A stretch of DNA of 56,086 bases, filler included, from Sluysia triapertura (taxonomy: Eukaryota): the NCBI GenBank assembly GCA_046118255.1. It is 4 parts of 4 records of this genome, joined end to end, with 100 filler letters (N's around TTAATTAATTAA, not from the genome) between each part and the next. Parts side by side here need not be neighbours in the genome. Positions count along the whole stretch, not along the records: positions 11,971 to 27,039 come from JBJNIA010239994.1; positions 27,140 to 38,615 come from JBJNIA010184346.1; positions 38,716 to 56,086 come from JBJNIA010187501.1; 1 more part is not named here. One strand, written 5' to 3'. Positions 26,750 through 48,888 of this stretch are shown here, piece after piece. A program made the position numbers and the translations under genes. The notes under the pieces are model-generated. The model searched no databases. It saw only the letters and a program-made list of their open reading frames with translations, and had not been told where the DNA came from. Every line of letters starts with the position of its first letter. Position 1 is the stretch's first letter.

Positions 26750-27039
26750 TTTTCACGATCAAATAAACCTTGAGCTCTATAATCAAACGCCTTCTCACAC
26801 AAATCATCTGAAAAGTCTTTGAAAGACGATCCGATGATAGGTGTAACAATTACATGGTACAAAACACAAAAAAATGATTAACGATCTACTATTATTGTTC
26901 TATATTTTATTCGGATTATTTTTTCCTAAATTAATTCTCACATTAAAATAACAATCATTGATATTAACCAGTATTCTTAAAAATAATGAATTTAACTTTA
27001 GTTTTTTGAATTCAACTAGTTTCCAGTAATTCATACTCA
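26750..27039 (-). repeat. Dispersed repeat, copy 3 of 3 (inverted, runs into gap)
   Basis: Reverse complement contains AAACTAAAGTTAAATTCATTATTTTT...GATTGTTATTTTAATGTGAGAA...TTTTGTGTTTTGTAC. Confidence 0.8.
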
Positions 27040-27139
27040 NNNNNNNNNNNNNNNNNNNNNNNNNNNNNNNNNNNNNNNNNNNNTTAATTAATTAANNNNN
27101 NNNNNNNNNNNNNNNNNNNNNNNNNNNNNNNNNNNNNNN
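27040..27139. other. Artificial assembly gap linker
   Basis: Same 100-bp N/TTAATTAATTAA/N structure. Confidence 0.98.
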
Positions 27140-29698
27140 AACTCAAAACCGAATAATATACATGATAACCTCAAGAGTATTAAATTAATGATTTAATTTT
27201 ACGATAAATCAACTTTATAACACTATAATTATAACACTATATTTTCGGAATTTAACGATTGTAATCATAATTTAATTAATCAAACTCAATATAAGACAAA
27301 AAACAAGCACTTAATCACAAATAAATACATAAGAAAAAACATGTTATTAGTTTTGATTAAACAATTATTGGTATTTGCTACATTCATTAATTTGTTTCTA
27401 TTGTAATGACACGGGATCCGTTTTTATTATATTTATACATAGAAGCACTCAACATTATATTTTATTAATATACCTTAGTGAATTAAATGTTTTATTTATT
27501 TTTTGGATTTAGAGAATTTAAGTCTTGATTTGACTTAAATACAAAAAACTATGCTTCCATCTCTACCATAAGAGCAAATTGGTAGAGATACTAATAAACT
27601 GATATGATTAACCGAATTCATAAAAACAAAAAGTACATATTTCATCTTAAAAATAAAGTTCATAATACGTACAAGAAATCGTGATTTAATGTAGACCAAG
27701 GCCGATATTTGAGAAATAATATTATAAAAAGAATACGTAAAATCTGCACCAAATAATTTTAAAATAAAAATAAAAAAGATATAATTTTATTACACTTGTG
27801 ATGCAGCACCACCGAAAGAAACATTTTGCTTTTTATGCAAATAATAAAATATATTTCATTAAGTGTTGGGATTATTCGTCAAATGCCGAAAGGCTCCTAT
27901 AAGGTTTAAAAGTTTCAAAATTTTCAAATTATGGAATCGGCATACGTATTTCCTTTTTATTAACTATGAGGGTCTGGATTATCTTTATTATGTTTTATAT
28001 TGTACTCGCGATAAACAATTTACAAAGTTTAGAGTGTATTTTATGAAACAAACGTTTTAAAACGAATAATATAAAATAGGTTGAGTAAGCAAATATATTA
28101 AACATTCATCTTGCTTTATTCATAGATGCAAAGGGAATACATTAAGTTCTTTTATAAAGCCTTAAGCATTATTTTCAACCAATCCATAACAGTGATAATA
28201 ATGTTTAAATTTATTTGTAACATACAAAATGCCTTCGAGGTTTATTGTATTAAAGTTAATAAACAAGTAACGAAATTAAATTAAAAAAATCCTTATGTTT
28301 TGATAAATATAGGACATTTATCTTTTATGAAAATTTTATCTGGATTTTGATGTATAGTTAAAGTACAGCAACAAAAATTTTATTAAATTTACGTGTAAAT
28401 TGTACTCACAATTAACGAACACAACTTAATTAAAATTTTACATTTACTAATTAAAATAAATCTTTACAGGTTGTTACTTCAGAAGAAAAGTTTTCTGCTC
28501 AGTACTTGACTAAAATTTCTGGTAATGTCGATATTAGGACTTGAATGATTATTGTTGCGAGTTTTACGCTCCTAAGTTATGACTTTTATATTAATTTACA
28601 ACCAATCACCTTCCAACAATTATTGCACAAAAGATTTGTAACAGATTCTTAATTCGGAATATATTAATACTTTAATGCGCATAATGATAATAAATTATTT
28701 CTTGATTGGTTTATTTTGTTGAATACAATATTTTCTATTATTTGTGTATTAATATTTGTTAAATTATTTATTATAAATAATGATTTAATTATGATATAAC
28801 TATGACATAATAACTTTATAATTTACAATGTAATTTATAAAGTTATTATATAACGTCAATAAAACAGGGTTTTTAAAACAGCCTTTTAATTCTCAACTCA
28901 TAATATTTTGAAGGAATCATTCATTTAAATAACAATTTAAGATCATATATTATATTCTTACCTTTTCAATAAAAAAACAGTTAACTCAATATTCCTTAAT
29001 ATTTAATAGCTAAACAAGAATTGTTGATTCAATAAAAATAAATTGTTAATTAAAATAATGGTGTAGAATCAGACGTATTCGAACTTGAGCTGCTTTTATA
29101 ATTTTTTTCAACACATAAAATCGAAAAAGAATCTTTGTTTTATAAAGGTATGTCATTTCGAACTATTTTCATGGAAACTCTTTAAATTTATCCATTATTT
29201 TTTAATTCAGCATTACCTAGACACAAATACTAACTAACAAGGCAGATATGAATAAATAGTATGAAAAAATAAAGGAAATTAAAAATATCACCAAATGATA
29301 ATGTGTACTTAATGTGTAGAGAAGTGTCTATACAGGTGGAGTACAAGATCCATTATCTTTGAAATCACATATATAAAAATCTTTTCTTAAAACAAGATTA
29401 TAATTACGTTAAAAATTATATCATTATGCAACCAAGTTAATGAAAATATTTTCGAGAACTTATTAGACAATATCCTAAATTAACGGTTTATAACAAATTT
29501 AATAGCTAAAGGTCGTTTTGGTTTCATTGTTTAAAGTGTATATTAAAATTTGTATAATATTAAAAAAACGGTGAATAACATTTTACAAACCCAAATAAAG
29601 AAGCATTGCACTATTTATATACCAAATAACTATTAAAAGCAAAACAAAATATTAAATAAATTGTTTATAGGAAATGGTTTAAAAAAGAAATAAAATCA

Positions 29699-38246
<8,548 letters not shown>

Positions 38247-38615
38247 CTTATAAGGCAATTTTCTATTGTTTCTTTTCTTTAATTTGATGTTATTTTATTT
38301 TATACAAAAAAGAAAAAAATTCCTAATTGATTTATTTGGCTATCATACAAAATTTCAAAATTAACATAGATAGAATAATTTTGAATTTAAATACAAATAA
38401 TAAATAGTAAACAATTTCACATTTTGGTTCTACTAAACAATTTAATTTAATATTACATGTCATTTTTATAAAATTTATCTCTATTTCCATTAAGTTTATT
38501 AAAATTTGACAATGTTTTTAATGTTTTAATTATTAAATCAAGCTGATGTATAACATAAAATAATAGAATTGTCTAATATTTTTAAATTATTTTTAAAACA
38601 AAATTTATCATAACT

Positions 38616-38715
38616 NNNNNNNNNNNNNNNNNNNNNNNNNNNNNNNNNNNNNNNNNNNNTTAATTAATTAANNNNNNNNNNNNNNNNNNNNNNNNNNNNN
38701 NNNNNNNNNNNNNNN
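38616..38715. other. Artificial assembly gap linker
   Basis: Same 100-bp N/TTAATTAATTAA/N structure. Confidence 0.98.
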
Positions 38716-39947
38716 AAAAGAATTTTCAAATTTGACACAGATCTCATGTCAAAGAAAATGATGAATGATATGGAAAGTCTTGGCAAAGAATGGCCGTAAA
38801 GGACCTAATTTCAGTTCAAGGCAAGCGGTTAATCATGCATTGGTTAAATTGAGTGACAAACTGAAGCAAGGCTCAATCAAGACGACAGCTAATAAATGTT
38901 AACCACCTAATAGTTACGATAAAAATATCGTAGATTAGGTATTTCCAATGTAATTTAGTTATTGCAGCAACAATCAGCTTGTAAAACTATAAACGAATTG
39001 ATTCATCTTATTGTTGGAATTGCTTGTTATTAACACAGTAACAATGAATTAATAATGCTTGACGTTCATTTGGTGTAATATAAAATAACTTAAGTATATT
39101 TTAGTGTAGGATTTTTGTCTTGCGTAAGTTGAAGTAGTGATATGTAGAAAATATTTAATACGTAATTGTGCATGTCTTGAATTATGAGTTGTGTGATTTT
39201 TTGTATGAGAAAGACAATGGGATTATAATGCGTGGTTGAAACACTACACTCATTTCCTTCTGCGAATTGTCATCATATCCATACAGACAGGTTGCAGAAG
39301 TTGTCACCATAGCTTTTAGTAGACATTTATGGGGCATGTCTGAACTCATCATTGGGTTCAGTTTCTTTGATGATGAGGTTCAAGCTGAGGATAAACGGCT
39401 GATGAAAAAAAACTGAATGAGACAGGTGGATCAGAGAAACCTCTTACTTCTCTCTTCTAGAGTTGTCACTTGACTTCTTGGATACTGATCCTGCCGAATG
39501 GAAAAATCGTGTACCCTATTTGAAGAATCAGGAGATATTTTGATTAGTCAGAGTTGCCAATAACTTTCTGAGCGTGGAGTAGCTTTGATACAGTAGTTAA
39601 ATGCACCGATAACGCTTGATGAACAGTAAGAGAAGTGTCTCCTTCAAATAGTGCATGCACACAGACAAGCTTTCTCATGCACACAGACTAAGAAAGAATG
39701 CAGTGCAACAGAACAGGTCTAATTAGGACATTTTGAGATGACGGCAGTGTCAATTTTGGCAATTTTGGTGTCGTTTATGTAATAGTGCTGTTTTTTGCAA
39801 ATTTTGAATAAATTCTAACTGTATTGTGCAAGTTCTAAATTTGGTTTATAAATTCCCAAAAAATCTCAGATAACTTTTTGTGAATTGTAACAAAATTGTG
39901 GGCTGGAGAGATTGATTTGCAAAACTTCACTTTTTAGGAGCACACTA
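38716..39947 (+). mobile_element. Degenerate hATm-like DNA transposon, 3' part
   Basis: AFSRHLWGMSELIIGFSFFDDEV..EDKRLM, FLDTDPAEW...Y, VAN..ERGVALIQ..N..TLDEQ..LLQIVHAHR. Terminus CACACTA (reverse complement TAGTGTG) at 39941-39947. Confidence 0.65.
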
Positions 39948-40026
39948 ATATATACGTTAGTATATAATAAATATTTAGATAATTTTTAGATAACATATAC
40001 CACATGCCCAATTTCCAAGTTATTTA

Positions 40027-40029
<3 letters not shown>

Positions 40030-40092
<63 letters not shown>
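40030..40092. repeat. (TTA)n microsatellite
   Basis: About 20 perfect units. Confidence 0.95.
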
Positions 40093-40093
<1 letters not shown>

Positions 40094-43000
40094 TCAAAAT
40101 ATTATTTTATTTCAGATTTTTAGATTCCATGGTAACTTGTAATCCTGACACTATTTAATACAAAAGCCTTGTTTATAAATTATTATAAACAGATGCATTA
40201 AGGTTTACTTAGCGAAATGGCATCTTTAACTTTCATGTGATCAATTTAATTATTTTGCATTAGAAATCTTGTGGACCAATCTTTAATTATGTAAGACTCG
40301 GATCACAAATATAAAAACAAATTTATGTTCGAGGGTTTTTGATAAAAGATTAAACCACATCATTTAAAAAATATATTATTTAAGCTGCATTTCGAGAATT
40401 TTACTTCGTTGCAGCCATTTAAGTGATCATTTTTGTTAAAACAATAAGAAAAAGTTTATGAATTAATAATGATTTAAGCATTAGTTTATTTCAAAGTTCC
40501 TTATCTTTATCATCTTATACATAAAATAAATTGGGGCATTCCATATTAAAAGAATGTATAGATAAAATTTTAAAATATGTATTTATTCAATTTTCTTTTT
40601 GTTTGCTAGTATTTTTTGCTTTATTAGCTATTAAAAGAACCAATAATATTTCAATGTTCAGCCAATCTACAACTATCAAATTAACAAATTTCCATAACAC
40701 CGGATTGTAGAAATTGCTCATGCATGACTTCATTACAACAATGTTCACCAGTTGCGATTTTGATATGATTTCATGTTTTATTTTTATTTATTAATTGACC
40801 AATGATTTTATGATATAGAATATCGTTACAATCTAATAAGGTTGTACTAAAACATTCATATATTCAACTACTTGATTAACACTCCAAATTTTGTTACTAT
40901 CTACAATTTACAAATTATATATAATTCTCTTTATAAACCAGAAATCTAACATTGCGCGATATATAAATCACAACTAATAAATTAATACATAACATTATTG
41001 TACCTTCAAGGATCTCAAAATATTACCAGGAAATCTTTAAGGTATTCTTAAGTGCCTACAATAACTAAAGATGGTTTCATCTTCATCATCCTTTCTTCAA
41101 TAATGTTTTGTTACTTTTTGCCTATTGTTTTATATCAATTCTTCAATCATTCGTCCAGCTTCACAAGTATTTTACTCATTCCTTAAAAAATATTGTGCAG
41201 TTGAATGTAATGTTAGATTGGACTGTATGATGAGATTCAAATCACAATCAATCCATTTCTGAAGGTCAATTTTACCATTTTTGAATTTAATTCACTTTCA
41301 TGTTAAAAAGTTTCTTTTTTAAATCAATAAAAATTAACATCTAGTTTTCTATTAATTTTTAGCTGCTTGTGTTGTCTACACTTGCATCAGCTCTCACTAC
41401 GATCAAAAAATTAACTATAAACATCATTTTCAGTTTTGAAAGCGTAATTAAAAAGTAATTTAACGTCTAAGTAAAATACAAACACATAAATAATGGTAAT
41501 AATAATTACTAAATAAAATTATCAAAATTTGATAAGGAATATCAAAACAATATATTTATATTTATTTTGATGGATAAATTACTATTTGCTAATTTAATAT
41601 TATTAAAATGAGTAAACTTTCAATTTTATTATTTTTATATATTTGTATATTTAATTGATTTTTTGTAAATTTAAAAATTTAGTAATTCTTGCTGTGGATT
41701 AAAATAGTTTATATATGAGTATACATCGTTTGTAGTTATGCAATAATCAAATTAAATAACATAATAAACGATTCCTTAATGTATATAATTGCAATAATTA
41801 AAAATTAAATACGTAGGATTTTAAAGAAAAATTAAAGCTGAGGGTCACTGTGTTAGGTTCAGGCAAGTAATATTCTAATTTTTAATGTTATTAAACTTGA
41901 TGCGTTAGTCTTTTTACTCTTGATTTTAGGTTTATACTTAGGTGTTGCTTTAGTCTTTACTTTATATTACTCAAAAAATTAAGAACACTTTGTAAAAACA
42001 AGAAAAATCTATTAAAACAAATTTTAATAATATATAAGTTATACAAAAGACAATATATAATAAAAATATAAAATTTAATAAATTTTTAATTTAAGTTGAG
42101 TTTAACCCAGAGTTAATCTTTGGGTTTCTAAAAGATTTGAATGATTTTGAGTCAAATGTTAAGACCACTATTATCAGGGTCGTAAACCTAATCAAAATAA
42201 GCTTACTTAAAGTATGCCAAAATTAATGGCTTTGTATATCCAAATTAAAATCGAATGGTCGCTTTCTAAATGAATTCTTCTATTGAGTAATGTTTTTTCC
42301 CTTGTTGATAACTTGATGAAAAATCGAATTAACCAAAAGATTTCTCGTTTTCTTATCTTTTCTAATTATTTCACCACGTAATACAACTCTTAATGTCTCC
42401 TTTAACGATAGCAAGTTACTAAAAATTTTGTGTTGTTCTAATAATCATGTCATACCTTTTATAGGCTTATAATTTCCGTGAATGAATTTATAAATTTCCG
42501 GAATATTTGTATAATTTATAAATTTCAAATTATTTAATATTTAATTCCGTTAATAATGAATTCTCTATTTAAAATAAATATTTATAAAATTGTTATTAAG
42601 TTCTGAATAATTTAAAAATTTTTAGATTTCCGATTTAAAGTTCAAACTTAATTATTATAATTATTTACAATTAATATATTATAATTATCTTTTTGAAAAT
42701 TATTAAAATTATTATAATTGTTTACAATTAATAAAATTAAATTCGAATTAACAGATTATTTACACGTTTTTTATATTAAAAATATTATTTACATACCATA
42801 CCTTTCTCATCAGGTTATACGAATTCTTCCTGCACTTTTCAATTTTATTTTTCCCTACTCATTACTTACTGATCCACAGTTGGGCAATCCCAACACTTTT
42901 ATATCTTCCGTTTTCTAATTATTTTGTGTTTATGAAGATAAAATTAATTTAAAAAATTATAATCGTTTTTGCACAACTGGAATTAGCATTGCCCATTCTA

Positions 43001-46000
43001 ACAAATGGCACAAATTGGTTAAGTTAATACCATAAAAATTTGAATAATGTTCAGTTGTTCCTTTATGCTACAATCGATCTAATTTTTAAAAATCAATTCT
43101 CAAATTAAAATAGTTAATTATTCAGTGCATGTTGATAAGCGGACCAAACTCTAAAGATATGACAATCCACGATATCTGGATTGGCATTTACGTAACAATA
43201 AAGATTAAAATTTTCAATGACTGGATATAAGAATTCGGCGATTATTGAATCCATAATGTTGCTACATACATGTTTTGCATTATTCCATATTTCTAAAAAA
43301 TAGTAAACAATGTTTCTAATACTAATGCCAGATCAGATCAATTAAATCTCCAAATCATGTGACCATTTCTCTCAAATATCGGCAAATATGTCGCCTCAAA
43401 TACAAATTCGATTCTAAAGATTCTGTAACATTCAATCAGTGTTTGACACAACTGCATTAATTCAACCTTCTTACAGCAAAAATATTCAATGTTACAATAA
43501 TTTTCTTTGCGTGCAAAATGATATAAAAAGTGTGGTTTTTTATATATTGTTTAGAAAATTACTAGTAAGTGGGAAATTGTTTTTAATTATTTATAAGATT
43601 CGGTTTTGTGCTGATCAATTTTATTAATCATATTTGAACATTAATTAACTAGCAATTATCCAAAGTTAATGAGTTTTGTGGTAAAATTGCCCGTATGTCT
43701 TATGCTTATTTAAGGGAATACCTTATTGAATATATAATTTAATTAATTTCTCTTTTATTCTTATTAACTTTAAATGAATTTTTAAAATTTTTACTGTCAT
43801 GCACATTTGAATAACATGGCACGCAATGTGTCAAGGATGAAACTTACTTGCCTTTGTTACACGTTTATATCTAGTTTTTACTATTAAAATAATTTTCCAT
43901 CCTTCTTAGAGTGTTCAAAATATATGGAATTTAAATGTTAAATCTTTTATTTTCATTAATATTGGATTATTACCTTATACAATACTTAATAATCATTAAT
44001 TTAACAGGCTGAATAACACTGTTAAAAATTACAGACAATTCATCAACTCAAATGTGCTATTACAAAATAGAAATAAATGGTTGCATGCGTCAAATGTTTT
44101 CAATTTCTTTCATAACCGCCGAAATCTTATTAAATATACTTTTTGGTGTTTTGCATATTTTGTTTTAATAATTAATTTTTAATAATATTTCAATAACCTT
44201 GCAGTTATTGTGTTAAACCAATTAAACAATTTATATTAATTAGAAAATATAAATAAAAACCAAAAAAAAATATATTTTATATAAACACAAATAAAATAAA
44301 ATATTTTCGAAATAAAATTTCACGAATTGAAATAAAAATATAATGAAATGGGGGTTTTTTATTATTTTCATTACACAGGTTGTGTAAAAAAATAATTGTT
44401 TTAGCAATTTTGTTTCAACAATTCAACTTAAATGTCAGATACACTGATTTAATGTAAGTTTTAAAGATGATTTATTTGTACTACGTAAAAAAGGACATTT
44501 AAATCTATTAAAATAATCTTTATTGTCATCTCTTAAAATTTTGACTTATTAAATTTAATGTTGTAATATTATTAGAAATGTTTCCAAATACTATTGTATT
44601 TATATAATGAACAATAAGTACTACTATCGACTTTAATATACATCTTTAAAAAATATCAAAGGACTCTAAAACATAGGATTACTTAAACTTTTTATAGAGC
44701 ACTTAACCATTTGATCTCATTGAATATGTCACTAAACTTCTTAGATAACCTAACCGTTCTCTAAAGGCGTCTTCCGGATCACAAAAGATTACTTTGGAAT
44801 ATTAAAAAACATTTCATATATCACGACCTCAAAGAAACTTTGGAAGTAACTGAGAATCAGCAGCACATTTCTAAATTTAAAACATTATACTTTTGTAATG
44901 TGTTGGAATGTCATCAACAAGTTTAACTCCATTTGAAAGTGTTTGCAGAAAAGACGTATTTCATAAAATTAAGAAACATGTTCACATTTATTCTATTCTA
45001 AGTTAGTTAAATTAGTTATTTTGTACAATACTTATTGATACATTCAATAATAATACAATTCTACCAGAAATTACATTGAAAGTATAGTTTCTGAATTTGT
45101 GATTATTATACAAGATTATTAATTATAACTTATTCCTAAATATTGTTGTATATCATTTTGATAACTTTATTTAAAACATTAATTTTAGTATTTTTTAAAA
45201 AGGTTTAAATTAAAAATGTTAATTGATACAAACAATTATTAAATTAATAAAAATAATACATAATTTAATTTCATTAAACAAAACGATTTAAATTATTTTG
45301 TTTTTGCTTTATTTTATGCGTTATTAATGAATGAAACAATGATAATTTTAAATATTAAGTTATTATGTAAATAAACAAATAGAATTTCAATGTTCCATCA
45401 TTAAAAGTAAATAAATATGTTAAATGTCTTCATTCGATTTTATTTATTTTAATATTAGAATGTTGCTTTTTTATGTGGTAAGAAAATAATACTTATAAAT
45501 CGATGAAGTAGAAGCAAAAAAGAAGTTATAGTAATTAAATATTTTATTTGGTTAATTATTTAACTAATTTTTATAAGGTTAAATATGTAGCACACGAGTA
45601 TTAATTTTAGATTTTACATTTAGTGTTATACAAATGTTAAATTATGGTACGAAAATTATAATTTCCAAATTATAAATGTTCTGTTATTAGTATTTATTAG
45701 TTCCAACTTATTATTGTATTATATATTAAAACGCAACTTTATTTCTTCGGTTAGCTCTCAGTAATTTAAACCTTTTATTTAACTCTTTCAGTGCCGAACA
45801 ACTCAACGCAGAAGCATTTTGTAGGGCTAGAAGTAAGTAAATATGTGCTCACAGTATTCAAATAGGACTTAGATGTATAAGACCATTACTAAAATTATGT
45901 TTTAAAATATCTTTAACAGAAGAAATGATATTCTTGTAATGCAACTTTTATGCTTCGTAAATGGAATTGCATGATCTTCTAAGACATTGTCCTAAATGAT

Positions 46001-47589
46001 TGGAGGAACTATGCAATAATGTAACCAAAATTGCTTGAAGTTGATAAAATTTAAAATAATTCAATATTTTACAAACTGTTTTTTGGCTTATCTGGTATTT
46101 ATTTATCTATTTATTTATTTAGCTATTTGTCTGATAGCTGATTCTAAGATTTTCACCTTTACTTTCACCTTACCTATCTCTCATTTGTTGATATTCTGTT
46201 CTTATTTGACACATTCTTCTTCTACAAGCTCTCCTTTTTTTACCCTATTTATTAATAATAAAATATAACTTTATAAAATAAATATGTTTTTCCGAATTAC
46301 AATTGGATTCATAAAATTCAGCTTCTTCTGAAACACAACTTTATTGTATTTGCATGAATTTACTAATTATATTACCAATAATTAAATCACGTTATGATTA
46401 ATCTTTTAATACACAAAATTAAAAATTGTTTAAAATTTAAAATAAATTAAAATACAATGACACAAAAATGTACTTACAAGTTAATAATACAATGCAAAGT
46501 GACTTTTATGTGACTTTACGTGGAAAACAATAAATTATTTACGAACAAAAAATATCGTAAAGTGTATGTTTTGTAAGAGCGTCCTTGATTAACAAGAAGA
46601 AGAATAAATTTAAAACGTAGGACAAGAAATCATATTTTGATTTTTAATACTATAAGTATTACCTTTTAAACACTGAAGTAAGAAAAAAATGTCATTTTAT
46701 TATAAAAATATATTAATATGCAGTGGAATATTCTAATGTATACTGAAGTAACAATGTTCTTAATGAAGTACTATCTTTTTATATATTTTGAAGTCATTTG
46801 CAAAAATGCATTCGAAAAATCAAAGTTTATATCGATTTAAAAGTTCCCTTCAACACATTTGAGTTCTTGCGTAAGATAATACCTTGTGTATTTCACTTTT
46901 TACCTTTACTATAATAAAAATAAAAAATATTCCAATTTACAAATTTAAAATATCTATTTGAATTTTTGATATTTATAAATTCTTTTCTATTCAGTAAAAA
47001 AATGTATAACTTTTATTTATAACTTAAATGAGTGTTTATTTCGCTTACGTAAAACGTATTACATCTTATTTTATTATTGAAAAAGTGACCCCCCATTAAT
47101 TCTAGTTAATATCTCAATATAAGTTAATAACGCAAAAGTTTTAGTGTTAAGCTTAGTGAATTCAACCCTTCGGTTAAAACCTGTGTAGTCAATAAGATGA
47201 TTTAAAAAGTTACTCTTCAAGTTCAACTACATTTGCTCTTGATTTTGAGTTTATCTTGTTTAAATATTGGCCAATATTTGTTTATATTTTATTCATGTGA
47301 TTACTGTTTTTGTGGTTTGAATTTCTCTCTCAACACTATTTATTTATTTTAGTTACATCAGTAATAATTTCGGCTTTTTCAAGTTTTAATTCACACACAA
47401 TGTAGTATTTTCAACAAATGAGAGCGTTCGGTTTCTTGTTTTTAAGATAAAATGATAAACAATTATAATATTTCTTTATATAATAACCTTATCTTTATTA
47501 TAATTGCTACATAAACCTTATAAACCTATTTTCAAAATACTTTATTATGAATTATTTTATTGATGTATTTTATTAACTAAAAAAGTAAT

Positions 47590-48252
47590 AGTGAAATGAG
47601 ACGGAAATCGTACTTTACCAGATACAATTTTCTCATAAATTTGTGTTGGTGGATAACCTGCTGCCATTTCATATATTAATACACCCAAAGCCCACCAATC
47701 AACAGCTTTGTTGTATCCCTTAGAAAGAATTATTTCTGGAGCTAAATACTCCGGCGTACCACAAAGAGTCCATGTTCGACCTTTGACACGCTTCGCAAAT
47801 CCAAAATCAGTAATCTTAAGATATCCAGTTTGATCAATCAGTATATTTTCAGGTTTTAAATCCCGATATACTAATTCTAAGTGATGAAGATATTCGAATG
47901 CTAAAACCACCTGACTAGCATAAAATCTGGCGTGGCTCTCACTAAAACGTCCGATTCTTCGAAGATGTAAAAACATTTCACCACCATTTACAAATTCAAG
48001 TACCATATATAGATTACTATTATCTTTGAAATGGTGCTCTAAATGAACTAAGAAAGGAAATTGAATAGCTTATAGAATTCGTTTCTCATTTAAAGTATGT
48101 TCTACTTGTTTCAATTTTACTACTTTTTGTTTGTCCAAAATTTTCATCGCATAATATTCTTTCAACTTTTTATGCTGCACCAGCATAACTCTGCCAAACG
48201 AACCTGTTCCTAAAGTCTTTACACGATCGAAATCATCTAAACAAGCTGTGTT
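47590..48252 (-). pseudogene. PRKACA: cAMP-dependent protein kinase catalytic subunit (PKA-C) pseudogene
   Basis: Acceptor at 48254-48253, then [24 protein letters not shown]...[12 protein letters not shown] (TAA at 48072-48070 replacing Gln), [11 protein letters not shown] and [18 protein letters not shown] is joined to TQIYEK (FFADQP missing). Homology stops after VRFPSHF with no donor site. Confidence 0.92.
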
Positions 48253-48888
48253 CTAAAATAAAAATATAAGATTTACTTCTTGTCGAAGCATAATTAATTC
48301 CACATATTTTAAATTTGATCAATAAGCTTAGATAAACCTAACAAAATAATTTTCATGAACGAATTTTATTTCTGTTGTTCGAAATGTAATTTTTTGTTGT
48401 AATTTATCGATTAGTGTATTAAAGGTAGTATATATGGAACATTTATTTCATTTTATTAGAAATTCGATTTCATTGGAGTGCCAATAGCAAGGTCAAGGTT
48501 AATTTTTAGAACAAAATAAGTCAATTTGAATAAAATGAAAAGAATGTATGTCAATGAAGTATGGCCAGTGGTACTGGACAGTGGACAAGTGAAAGTAACA
48601 GCAGAAAATTCGTTCATTTATGTCAGTAGAAAATTGGCTGAAATAAAGATTGAATAAATTTAAGTTTGATCTTAAAAATGTATACAGATGTTATTGTTTT
48701 AGTCACGAATTTATTATAAATAATTAGATATATTTCAAACAGTTATATTGATGGAACTATTTATTTTGAAGGGATTATTTAATTTTACGTATTGTGTACT
48801 TTTATTTTATTTTTTATTTTTCTTAGTTTAAGATTACCTAAGAGCTATTTCATTCCTCAAAGTTTTACCAAACAATACGATATTTTAA

